44,920 nt of DNA, from contig DASUIO010000324.1 in assembly GCA_036279755.1 (NCBI GenBank), positions 1 to 44,920 on the forward strand. Reading direction: 5' to 3'. The position numbers and the translations under genes are program-made. This DNA is from Polaromonas sp. Its GTDB lineage: Bacteria > Pseudomonadota > Gammaproteobacteria > Burkholderiales > Burkholderiaceae_C. Shown here in pieces: positions 9,607-18,594 of this stretch (within the stretch, counting starts at the first letter, position 1; every line of letters starts with the position of its first letter). Below the pieces are notes generated by a model. That model saw only the letters and a list, made by a program, of their open reading frames with translations, was not told the origin of the DNA and ran no database searches.

Positions 9607-10826
9607 GTAAGGCATTTTTTGGTTTGCCAGAGAAGGTCATCTTCTGCCGGCATTGCGTCATTTCCAATCAGAGGCCCAGCTCGACGGTAGAGTTCAAACA
9701 CACTAAGGACGAGAAGAAGGCGACGATCGGGATGGACGAGCATGACGTCTGTGACGCATGCCGTTATCAAGAGGTCAAGGCAGGCCAGATCGATTGGACT
9801 CGAAGGGAGGATGCCCTGGTTGCCCTTCTGGACAAGCACCGGCGCAACGACGGTGGCTATGACATCGTTGTTCCGGGCAGTGGGGGCAAGGACAGCGCCT
9901 ATACCTCCCACCTGCTGAAGTATCGCTATGGGATGAACCCATTGACGGTGACCTGGGCGCCTCACAAATACACGGATATCGGCTGGAAGAACTTCGAGAA
10001 TTGGGTTCATGTGGGGGGGCACGACAACATCCTTTTCACGCCCAACGGCCGCTTGCATCGTCATTTGACCCGACTGGCCTTTCAAAACCTGCTACACCCC
10101 TTCCAGCCCTTTATCGTTGGTCAGCGGATCATTGGGCCGCTGATGGCCGCTAAATTCGGGGTCAAGCTGGTCATGTATGGCGAGAACCAGGCTGAGTACG
10201 GTAACAATCCCAATGAAAACTTCGTTCCGACCATGGATCGGAAGTTCTTCTCGGTGCAGAACCCCGAGGAGATGAGCCTGGGTGGCGTATCAGTTGGACA
10301 GATCATCCGGGAGACGAATTTCACGCTCAATGATTTCGCGCCGTACATCCCTCCTAGCGCGGAGTTTCTGGATGAAAAAGGCGTGGAGGTGCACTACCTG
10401 GGCTACTACCTCAAGTGGGATCCGCAGGAGTGCTATTACTACGCTGCCGAGCACACGGGCTTCCAGGCCAATAGCGAGCGAACGGAAGGCACGTACTCCA
10501 AGTACAGCAGCATCGACGATCGCATCGACATGTTCCATTACTACACCACTTTGGTGAAATTCGGTATTGGGCGTGCGACGTACGACGCGGCGCAAGAGAT
10601 CCGCAACGGCAAGATCACACGTGAAGAGGGCGTACAGCTGGTGAAGAAGTACGACCAGGAGTTTCCGAAGAAGTACTTCAAGGACTTCTTGGAATACATC
10701 TCCATGACTGAGGAGGAGTTTCACGCGACTGTCGACAAATTCCGTTCGCCTCACTTGTGGGAAAAGGTGGATGGGCAGTGGAAGTTGAAGCACGCTGTCT
10801 GGCACGAGGAAGGGGTGAACCCCTGA
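9603..10826 (+). CDS. N-acetyl sugar amidotransferase (WbuX/PseA/PtmG family)
   Basis: CxxC pairs (CRHC, CDAC), PP-loop SGGKDS, YGENQAEYG, KFGIGRA, EIRNGKITREEG. Confidence 0.92.
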   Translation: MSKAFFGLPEKVIFCRHCVISNQRPSSTVEFKHTKDEKKATIGMDEHDVCDACRYQEVKAGQIDWTRREDALVALLDKHRRNDGGYDIVVPGSGGKDSAYTSHLLKYRYGMNPLTVTWAPHKYTDIGWKNFENWVHVGGHDNILFTPNGRLHRHLTRLAFQNLLHPFQPFIVGQRIIGPLMAAKFGVKLVMYGENQAEYGNNPNENFVPTMDRKFFSVQNPEEMSLGGVSVGQIIRETNFTLNDFAPYIPPSAEFLDEKGVEVHYLGYYLKWDPQECYYYAAEHTGFQANSERTEGTYSKYSSIDDRIDMFHYYTTLVKFGIGRATYDAAQEIRNGKITREEGVQLVKKYDQEFPKKYFKDFLEYISMTEEEFHATVDKFRSPHLWEKVDGQWKLKHAVWHEEGVNP

Positions 10827-11599
10827 TGTCTCAACAGGTTCGTCTGATCGCCCGCCTGGATATCAAAGGTGAGAATCTGATCAAGGGGGTGCACCTAGAA
10901 GGTTTGCGCGTTATTGGTGATCCCCAGGTGTATGCGCGACGGTATTACGAGCAGGGTGCGGACGAACTGCTGTACATCGATGTGGTGGCCAGCTTGTACG
11001 GACGCAGCAAGCTCACAGAGATCGTGAAACGAGCGGCACGGGACGTCTTCATCCCCATGACAGTGGGCGGAGGTGTTCGGACCATCGACGACGTCACCGA
11101 TCTGTTGAGAGCCGGTGCCGACAAGGTGGCGATCAACACTGCCGCGGTGCAGAACCCGGATCTGATCTCTGAGGTGGCTCAACGCTATGGTGCTCAGTGC
11201 ATGGTGTTGTCCATCGAGGCCAAGCGTCAGCCCGATGGCTCATGGGAGGTCTACACCGAGTGCGGGCGTGAAAGATCGGGTATCGATGCGGTTGAGTGGG
11301 CTGCCGAAGGCGTCAAACGGGGGGCAGGCGAAATTCTGCTGACATCCATTGACCAGGAGGGAACTCGTGGCGGGTTCGATGTGTCGCTGGTCAAAGCCGT
11401 GTCGGATGTCGTGAGCGTGCCAGTTATTGCGAGCGGAGGATTCGGGTCGACTAAGCACCTGGTCGACGTCGTGAACGACGGCCAGGCCGATGCAGTGGCG
11501 ATTGCAGATGCCTTGCACTATGGGCGCCATGACTTGCCGAGCATTCGCGAGGCAGCCAGGCGGGCTGGCATTGACGTTCGGAAGGTTCACGATGAATGA
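10826..11599 (+). CDS. HisF-like cyclase subunit, glycan-associated (WbuZ/HisF2 type)
   Basis: ARLDIKG, GADEL, DVVASLYGR, VGGG, GADKVAINT, GAGEILLTSID; located in a glycan operon, not a his operon. Confidence 0.9.
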   Translation: MSQQVRLIARLDIKGENLIKGVHLEGLRVIGDPQVYARRYYEQGADELLYIDVVASLYGRSKLTEIVKRAARDVFIPMTVGGGVRTIDDVTDLLRAGADKVAINTAAVQNPDLISEVAQRYGAQCMVLSIEAKRQPDGSWEVYTECGRERSGIDAVEWAAEGVKRGAGEILLTSIDQEGTRGGFDVSLVKAVSDVVSVPVIASGGFGSTKHLVDVVNDGQADAVAIADALHYGRHDLPSIREAARRAGIDVRKVHDE

Positions 11600-12239
11600 G
11601 GTCGCGATCATCGACTATGGCTTGGGCAATCTGTACAGTGTGGCACGGGCCATTGAACAGGTAGGAGGGACGGTCCGATTGGTGGACTCTAGCGCTGGCA
11701 TCGATGCGGCGCAGAGGCTGATACTCCCCGGTGTGGGTGCTTTTGCCGCGGGCATGGCTGGCTTGCAGTCCCGCAATCTCGTTGATGCCATTCGCAGTTA
11801 TGCAACGTCAGGCCGCCCGCTCATGGGCATTTGCCTTGGCATGCAGATGTTGCTGGAGTGCAGTCACGAATTCGGCATGCATGAGGGTCTGGGCATCATT
11901 CCAGGAAGCGTTGTGCAGGTGAGGCCGGCAGAGCGCGCAGATTTTCGAGCCAAGATTCCGCATGTGGGGTGGGGTGCTCTGTTTCCCTCTCGCGAAGGTG
12001 CTTGGCAGGGAACCGCCTTCGAGCAAGTCCAGGGCGGCGAATCTGCCTATTTCGTCCACTCTTACATGGCCAGTCCAACGCATGCGGAACATCGACTAGC
12101 CGACATCAACTATGGCGGCATCGACATCTGCGCGGCGGTTGGTCGCGGTGCCGTTGTCGGTTGCCAGTTCCACCCCGAGAAGAGCGGGCCTACTGGTTTG
12201 AAGATCCTCAAGAACTTTGTAGAGCGCGCCGGTAGCTAA
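11592..12239 (+). CDS. HisH-like glutamine amidotransferase (WbuY type)
   Basis: IIDYGLGN, LPGVGAF, GICLGMQ (catalytic Cys), YFVHSY, QFHPEKS. Confidence 0.92.
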   Translation: MNEVAIIDYGLGNLYSVARAIEQVGGTVRLVDSSAGIDAAQRLILPGVGAFAAGMAGLQSRNLVDAIRSYATSGRPLMGICLGMQMLLECSHEFGMHEGLGIIPGSVVQVRPAERADFRAKIPHVGWGALFPSREGAWQGTAFEQVQGGESAYFVHSYMASPTHAEHRLADINYGGIDICAAVGRGAVVGCQFHPEKSGPTGLKILKNFVERAGS

Positions 12240-12252
12240 TCATCACTTTGCG

Positions 12253-13539
12253 ATGGCAACAAGAATAAACATAGCCTTTGTTCGCACGCTGGGCACATAC
12301 ACATTGTCTAACATCGTGGCAACGGGCATTCCATTCCTGTTGTTGCCGTTGCTGACGCGGGTCTTGACACCGCAGGACTATGGGATCGTTGCCATGTTTG
12401 GCGTGGTGGTTTCTGTGTTCGGTGCGATGGCTGGCCTGGGAAGCAATGGCGCTGTCGAGGTCCGTTACTTCAACTTCGACCAAAAATCCATGGCCAGTTA
12501 CGTGTCCGCCTGCTTGTGGATTCTGGTCGTCAGTGCGCTGACATTGCTGCTTATCACTTGGTTAAGCGCGGGCATTTTGCAGGCCTTGACGGCGATCCCG
12601 ACCGACTGGATTTTGATGTGCGTGGTCGTGGCCGCGTTGCAATTCGTGACGCTCTTGCGTCTGTCAATCTGGCAAGTTGAGGGCAAGGCGGGCAAGTATG
12701 CATTAATGCAGGTGTCCCAAAGTGGACTGAATGCCGCGCTTTCTGTTCTGCTTGTGTTGGGCCTGGGGTTGGCCTGGGCAGGGCGCTTATGGGGCATCAC
12801 GCTGTCTGCAGGCTTGATGGGCTGTGTCGCGCTGAGCAGCCTGTCTAGGGATCAATGGTTGACACGAGAGGTGCAGCGCGAGCATTTGCATGACGCTCTG
12901 AGGTTCGGTGCGCCGCTGGTGCTGCACCTGATAGGAGGTTTGCTGATCTCCACCATGGATCGGTGGATATTGACCAACTTGCTGGGCGTGGCCCAGACGG
13001 GGATCTACAGCGTCGCGCTTCAGATAGGTATGGTGATCAGCCTCATCACGGGGGCCGCGAACAAGGCTTATGCGCCATGGCTCTTTCGGCACCTGACCAA
13101 GCAGACTGACCAGGAGAAGATCCAGTTGGTTCGCTATACCTACGCGTATTTTCTGGGTATCTTGGGGCTGGCCGTGTTGATCGGCCTAGCCGCGCCGGTC
13201 ATGCTGTCGGTCCTGGTTGGGCGTTCGTTCCAAGCGGCTTCGACCATCGTTCCATTCGTGGCCATCGGCTATGCTTTCGGCGGCATGTACTTCATGGTGA
13301 CAAACTATGTCTTCGTGGCGGGGGCCACTGCCAGGCTGTCCTTGATCACCGTGACGGCGGGCGCTATCAACCTGCTATGTACCTATTGGCTTGTGCAAAG
13401 CCACGGCATCAGCGGCGCAGGCTATGGGTTCATGGTGTCGCAGTTGTTTCTGTTTCTTGGCACATGGGCTTTGGCGCAAAGTGTCCATCCCATGCCGTGG
13501 CTGAAGGCCTTGTATCCTGGTCAAGTTCAAATTCCATGA
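12253..13539 (+). CDS. wzx: O-unit flippase (Wzx / MOP family)
   Basis: Many hydrophobic segments; PFLLLPLLTRVLTPQDYG, DRWIL, GIYS motifs. Confidence 0.88.
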   Translation: MATRINIAFVRTLGTYTLSNIVATGIPFLLLPLLTRVLTPQDYGIVAMFGVVVSVFGAMAGLGSNGAVEVRYFNFDQKSMASYVSACLWILVVSALTLLLITWLSAGILQALTAIPTDWILMCVVVAALQFVTLLRLSIWQVEGKAGKYALMQVSQSGLNAALSVLLVLGLGLAWAGRLWGITLSAGLMGCVALSSLSRDQWLTREVQREHLHDALRFGAPLVLHLIGGLLISTMDRWILTNLLGVAQTGIYSVALQIGMVISLITGAANKAYAPWLFRHLTKQTDQEKIQLVRYTYAYFLGILGLAVLIGLAAPVMLSVLVGRSFQAASTIVPFVAIGYAFGGMYFMVTNYVFVAGATARLSLITVTAGAINLLCTYWLVQSHGISGAGYGFMVSQLFLFLGTWALAQSVHPMPWLKALYPGQVQIP

Positions 13540-14420
13540 AAGCGTTCGTCAAGACAGCCATCCGATCTGCGCTGACCATGGTGAGGGTTGTTCGTCACGC
13601 GTACACCCCCAGTCGGCTGCCACTGATGACGCAAGGTGGTACGCCCATAGTGATTCTGGGCAACGGGCCCTCACTGGATGAAGACATCGACAAGGCCTTG
13701 CCGAATCTCGCCGCTGTGGACTTGATGTGCGTGGGGCGCCTGGCTGAATCGTCTTTGTACAGTGCACTGCAACCCCGGTACTACGTGTTCGTGGACCCCA
13801 TGTGGTGGAGTGCCGATGCTCCCGCGGTGACGAAAGACCTTCGAGAGAATCTGTTTGATTGCATGCGCAAGGGCACGCACTGGTCCATGACGATTTTGGC
13901 ACCCTATGCTGCGGCCCCCTATTTCCAATCGGTTTTTTCTGACGTGCCCAATCTGCAACTGGCATTTTTCAATAACACCCCGGTGACCGGCGAGCCATGG
14001 CTAACGAAGGCTGTCTATGATCGAGGTTTGGGTATGCCTCCTGCTCAGAATGTACTTGTGGCCTGTCTGTATCTCTGCTTACACATGGGGTACAAGAAGG
14101 TCATGTTGCTGGGGGCGGACCATTCCTGGCATGAGACCCTGGCTTTGGATGAGCAAAACCGCGTCTGCCTGAGGGATCGCCACTTCTATGACAAGACCGT
14201 GGCCTTGAGGCCCTTCACCATTGATGGTTCGCCCGACAAGATATTCACCATGGACGCACTATTTTTTGCGCTGGGCAGGATGTTCGCTGGATATTGGCAG
14301 ATTGCAGCCTATGCCAAGACATTGGGTGCGCATATCGTCAACGCCAGCTCTGTGACCTACATTGATGCGTTCCCTCGGCGCCCTTTGGCCGAGGCACTGC
14401 GATCCATGGACCAGCCATGA
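13536..14420 (+). CDS. Putative nonulosonate (sialyl) transferase, Cst-II/Maf(DUF115)-like fold
   Basis: ILGNGPSL, YYVFVDP, GYKKVMLLGADH, IVNAS motifs; sits in the neu operon; ATG overlaps wzx stop. Confidence 0.62.
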   Translation: MKAFVKTAIRSALTMVRVVRHAYTPSRLPLMTQGGTPIVILGNGPSLDEDIDKALPNLAAVDLMCVGRLAESSLYSALQPRYYVFVDPMWWSADAPAVTKDLRENLFDCMRKGTHWSMTILAPYAAAPYFQSVFSDVPNLQLAFFNNTPVTGEPWLTKAVYDRGLGMPPAQNVLVACLYLCLHMGYKKVMLLGADHSWHETLALDEQNRVCLRDRHFYDKTVALRPFTIDGSPDKIFTMDALFFALGRMFAGYWQIAAYAKTLGAHIVNASSVTYIDAFPRRPLAEALRSMDQP

Positions 14421-15106
14421 TGCCGTTGTTAAGGAATCCCATCACCCAGTGGCTTGCGTGGCTGGTCAGAAAGTTCTTGCTGGAGAGACGGTATGTCAAA
14501 CAAGGGTTGGAGATCGGCTACATGGCCACGGCCACCCGGACGCGCTTCGGCTTCTACAACAAGATCTATGCCGGTGCGGTGCTGACGGATGTCTGCATCG
14601 GGGACATGAGTTATGTGGGGGAGCGGTGCCGTCTGTCAAAAGTCACCATTGGCAAGTACAGCTGCATTGGGCCGGAGGTGCTTGCCGGTTTGGGCATGCA
14701 TCCTTCTCGCGGTTTTGTGTCCATCCATCCTGCCTTCTTTTCGCCCCATCTCAGGGCGGGGCGTACCTTCGCATCGGGTGAGCAGTTCAAGGAGCACTCA
14801 CCGATTCACATTGGTCATGATGTCTGGATCGGAGCCCGGGCCATCATCCTGGATGGAGTGAGCATCGGGGATGGGGCGATCATTGGCGCTGGCGCTGTTG
14901 TGACCAAGGATGTGCCGCCCTATACCGTCGCCTGTGGCGTTCCGGCCAAAGTTGTACGGCAACGATTTCCCCAGGAGGAAATCGAAAGGCTGTTGCAACT
15001 CAAGTGGTGGGATCTTGATCTTGACGCGCTTCAAGCCTTGCAACCATCGTTCTGTGACGTGGAGAAACTGGTGTCGACCTCGAGTGTCACGAAGGGCGGG
15101 CAATGA
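14417..15106 (+). CDS. CatB/Vat-related hexapeptide-repeat O-acetyltransferase
   Basis: IGKYSCIG, IGHDVWIG, IGDGAIIGAGAVVTKDVPPY..GVPAK, RF..LKWW. Confidence 0.9.
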   Translation: MMPLLRNPITQWLAWLVRKFLLERRYVKQGLEIGYMATATRTRFGFYNKIYAGAVLTDVCIGDMSYVGERCRLSKVTIGKYSCIGPEVLAGLGMHPSRGFVSIHPAFFSPHLRAGRTFASGEQFKEHSPIHIGHDVWIGARAIILDGVSIGDGAIIGAGAVVTKDVPPYTVACGVPAKVVRQRFPQEEIERLLQLKWWDLDLDALQALQPSFCDVEKLVSTSSVTKGGQ

Positions 15107-16236
15107 AGTTACAGGTCTCAGTCCTGTCCGCATCACTGGTTTCGTTGCTGGTGTCCCAGTTCGTGTTGTTCGGCGCGCTGTTTCCAGTCTTGCCGGTCAG
15201 CTCGGAATACTCGATGCGCTACGCGATCGCATTGGTTGGTTCAGCGTTTGCAATGTGCTTGGCTGCTGGGGAAAAGGGTAGTGTCAAGGTGATGGTCCTT
15301 GCAATCATGTTTGCCATCAGCATTGCTCTCGTTCCCATTCGCTTCAAAGGTTACGACAGCTTCCTGCTGACCATGGTCTTGAGTTGGGTCTTGGGTTACT
15401 TGGCGTACAAGCATTTCAAGAGTGAAAGTATCCTCTTGTACATATATGGATTCCTTAGTCTGTACCTCAGCGCTTACTATTTGAGACATGGGGATCTGGA
15501 CGACGCGCTCTACACCAATCTGGGGGGCGCCGTGGCAGGGGTGTCGAGAAACTATGTGGGCATTCTGCTGCTGCAAATCTATCTCGTTTATTACGCTGTG
15601 TGCGTGCGCAGGGAGCAGCCGCCCAAGCACTGGCCCATTTTCGTGCTTCCGATCATTTCGGTTATGGCCTCAGGCGTGGGCTCAACGTTGATCGCTGTCT
15701 TGCTGATGACAGGCTATACCCTTCGCGGAGTGAGAGTGCGAGCCAGCGTTGGCATTTCCCTCGCGCTGGGGCTGGTGGTGATCCTGTATGCGTTTCATTG
15801 GTGGCTTTCCTCGACTTTGTTCTATGAGCGTCTCTTGGGTGGTGACTTCATTGTCAGCCGGGTCTTGCTGTGGTCGGACTTTTTCGGAAAGCTGGATTCG
15901 CAAAGCGCATTTGTTGGTTTTGCCAAGGACGTCGGTTTTATCGATCACGAGATTTCGCTTAACGAGGTACCCAATCTCCATAATTCATATTTAAACCTTT
16001 ACAAGCGAGTGGGAATATTTTCCTTTGTTTATGACGGCTTGCTAATTTATTTGGTGGGTGCGCTGTTTTCCAGGAATGCCATGTTGGGTTGGATATTTCT
16101 CTGTGCCTTGCTGAGAGCAGTTACGGACGGCTATTTCTTTTCCACCTTCCTAATCGACTTCATCTTCTTCTATCTGCTCATGTTGACCCCGCTGGGCTTG
16201 CGCCTGATACCAGGCGCAGAGAAGGGGGCGTCGTGA
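15103..16236 (+). CDS. Putative O-antigen polymerase (Wzy-like)
   Basis: Polytopic membrane protein with SRN, R..LW and a late-loop HNSYL motif; lies in a wzx operon. Confidence 0.65.
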   Translation: MKLQVSVLSASLVSLLVSQFVLFGALFPVLPVSSEYSMRYAIALVGSAFAMCLAAGEKGSVKVMVLAIMFAISIALVPIRFKGYDSFLLTMVLSWVLGYLAYKHFKSESILLYIYGFLSLYLSAYYLRHGDLDDALYTNLGGAVAGVSRNYVGILLLQIYLVYYAVCVRREQPPKHWPIFVLPIISVMASGVGSTLIAVLLMTGYTLRGVRVRASVGISLALGLVVILYAFHWWLSSTLFYERLLGGDFIVSRVLLWSDFFGKLDSQSAFVGFAKDVGFIDHEISLNEVPNLHNSYLNLYKRVGIFSFVYDGLLIYLVGALFSRNAMLGWIFLCALLRAVTDGYFFSTFLIDFIFFYLLMLTPLGLRLIPGAEKGAS

Positions 16237-16469
16237 TGCTAGGCATCCATCTGTTCCTGATCAAACTGGTCCGGCGCGTCATGCTGGATTGGTGGCGACT
16301 GGAGGTGGCTGCACTGCTTTCCACCTCACCACAACTCAGTCCAGTTTCCTTTGTACAATGGCATTGCAGCAAGAGGTTTGAAACCCTAACTGTAGGTTCA
16401 ACGCACACGCCTGAGATAACACCATGCTTCAACCAAGGTCAAGTGGGGTTGCGGTTAACCTTGGTTTGA
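16233..16469 (+). pseudogene. Short translationally coupled ORF (about 78 aa), possible truncated remnant
   Basis: GTGATG overlap with the wzy-like stop and a purine-rich RBS, as for other genes in the operon; no recognisable domain. Confidence 0.3.
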
Positions 16470-16491
16470 GCATCCAAAAGAGGAGTGCTAA

Positions 16492-17298
16492 ATGACAGAT
16501 GAGCTTGCAAGCTATTTTTCAGGGGAGAAGTTGTATGGGAATGATTTTACTATTGAGGAAATATGTAAATGGTTTTCCGATGAGGCTGAGGGGTATGCTA
16601 ATTTAGGTTCCAAAAATAGAGATCGGTATGTCTATAGCTACCATCAGCTAAACAGGTACCATGGGCATAAATTTCTGTCTGGTAGGCGATTTGATAATGC
16701 TTTGGGAATTGGGAGTGCCTACGGTGATGAATTTAAGCCAATAATAAGAAGCATATCGAATGTAACCATCCTTGATCCTTCGGATGCGTTTGCGGGTGCC
16801 AAAGATATATTGGGTGTTCCGTGTTCATATCAAAAGCCAAACCCCAGTGGCGATATGGATTTTGAGAGCGGACATTTTGACCTGATTTCTAGTCTTGATG
16901 TGATGCATCACATTCCCAATGTCAGTCATGTGATTGATGAGTGCGGCAGATGCCTAAAAAGAGGGGGGGTAATGCTGTTAAGAGAGCCTATTACATCCAT
17001 GGGCGACTGGAGAAAGCCAAGGGCTGGCCTCACTAAGCGTGAGCGTGGAATTCCATTGCCTCTTTTGGAACAGTTTATTGCTGATGCAGGGTTTACTGTA
17101 ATTAATAGATCGTTATGTCATTTTCCTGTTATTCCAAGAATTGCGAAAAAAATCGGCGTTGTGCCTTATAATAATCTCGCGTTGACAATGATGGATTCAT
17201 TGTTTGGTCGCATGTTCTCGTGGAATTTAAAATACCATAGAACGAATTTCTTCGAGAAACTTGCTCCATCCTCTGCTTTTTACGTCCTGACACGTTAA
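16492..17298 (+). CDS. Class I SAM-dependent methyltransferase, AT-rich
   Basis: GAGGAG RBS; variant motif I GIGSAYG, FDLI, VMHHIPN, LKRGG, REP. Confidence 0.85.
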   Translation: MTDELASYFSGEKLYGNDFTIEEICKWFSDEAEGYANLGSKNRDRYVYSYHQLNRYHGHKFLSGRRFDNALGIGSAYGDEFKPIIRSISNVTILDPSDAFAGAKDILGVPCSYQKPNPSGDMDFESGHFDLISSLDVMHHIPNVSHVIDECGRCLKRGGVMLLREPITSMGDWRKPRAGLTKRERGIPLPLLEQFIADAGFTVINRSLCHFPVIPRIAKKIGVVPYNNLALTMMDSLFGRMFSWNLKYHRTNFFEKLAPSSAFYVLTR

Positions 17299-17613
17299 GT
17301 TCCTAACAAGATACTCCATTGCTTCAGATGAGTTTGAGCGTCGATATAGCGACCTACTGTCAACACGGCGCGATGATTCCGCTGTGCGAAAGATGGTTGT
17401 TTTTGACTGTGCCAGACGGGGGTAACGGAGTCCGTTGGGCCATCCGGGATGGATGAGCGAAGGTTGATAGTGCAGCTATGGGACGGCGCGTCAAGACAAG
17501 TCATTGTCGCGGGTCTTGTTCTATATAAGCACATGATTCCACTACATGCCGCCAATTTTGCCAAGCCTTTGGTATGTACGGAAGAACTCGTCCACCATTG
17601 CCGAGAGGTCTGA

Positions 17614-18594
17614 ATGAGCGAGACACTCAATTGCCCGATCTGTGGATCAGGCGACACAATCATTGTGTTTTCCACATTCGATGACAGATATGCCTATCCC
17701 GGCCACTTTAACCTGCTGAAGTGTGGTCACTGCGCGCACATGTTTCTGCAAGGGCGCTTTACGCCAGAGGTTCTTCAGGACCTCTATACTAATTATTATC
17801 CCCGCTCGGCAATGGATATTGCGAGCTATCGCCCGCACATGGAGATGTCCGCGGCTCGGTCCTGGCTAGAAGGTGCCAAAAGTGGTGCCTTTCGGTGGGT
17901 TCCGAAGGGGGTTACGGTATTGGATATTGGATGTGGCTTTTGTGAATCGTTGGGCTATTACAAGGCCAGAGGCTGCGATGCCTATGGTGTAGAAGCTGAT
18001 GCCAATGCGCGTCGCATTGCTGAACAATATGGCTTCAATGTCCAGATTGGCTTGTTTGAAGCCAGCCTGTTTAAGCCTGACATGTTTGACTATGTCACGA
18101 TGAGCCAGGTCATCGAGCATGTGACGGATCCAGTGCATACGCTGCACGAGATCGCGACCGTACTCAAGCCCAACGGCGTTGCGATACTCAGCACTCCCAA
18201 TGCAAGTGGTTGGGGAGCAAGATTATTCGGGAAATACTGGATCAACTGGCACACGCCTTACCATTTGCAGTTCTTTTCTGAAGAGTCAATCACCGCTGCG
18301 GCAAAGAAGGCTGGATTGAAAGTGGTCCAGACCAAGACTGTCACCTCATCGAGTTGGATCATTTATCAAATGATCCATATGCTCGACTATCCGGTGCCCG
18401 GTTGCCCCTCCAGCTATTGGGCCAAGACTGGTATAAAACCCAATTTTGCAAAACGGGTCATTCGGAAAATTGTCGCAGCCACAAGATTGCTGCTCATCCC
18501 GCAAATGCTGACGCGGGTTATGGATGCGCTGAGTATTGGAGATAATCGAATCATTGTCCTGAAAAAGGACGTAGCACCCCAAACCACACCTTAA
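17614..18594 (+). CDS. Class I SAM-dependent methyltransferase with N-terminal CxxC...CxxC
   Basis: CPICG, CGHC, VLDIGCG, QVIEHV, LKPNG, STPN, PYHL; GAGG RBS. Confidence 0.9.
   Translation: MSETLNCPICGSGDTIIVFSTFDDRYAYPGHFNLLKCGHCAHMFLQGRFTPEVLQDLYTNYYPRSAMDIASYRPHMEMSAARSWLEGAKSGAFRWVPKGVTVLDIGCGFCESLGYYKARGCDAYGVEADANARRIAEQYGFNVQIGLFEASLFKPDMFDYVTMSQVIEHVTDPVHTLHEIATVLKPNGVAILSTPNASGWGARLFGKYWINWHTPYHLQFFSEESITAAAKKAGLKVVQTKTVTSSSWIIYQMIHMLDYPVPGCPSSYWAKTGIKPNFAKRVIRKIVAATRLLLIPQMLTRVMDALSIGDNRIIVLKKDVAPQTTP

Noticed and set aside
10826-12239. hisF/hisH as histidine biosynthesis genes
   Set aside because: No other his genes; coupled to a WbuX-type amidotransferase inside a glycan operon
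17295-17675. 126-aa minus-strand ORF in the intergenic gap
   Set aside because: Overlaps both flanking + strand genes and has no motif support
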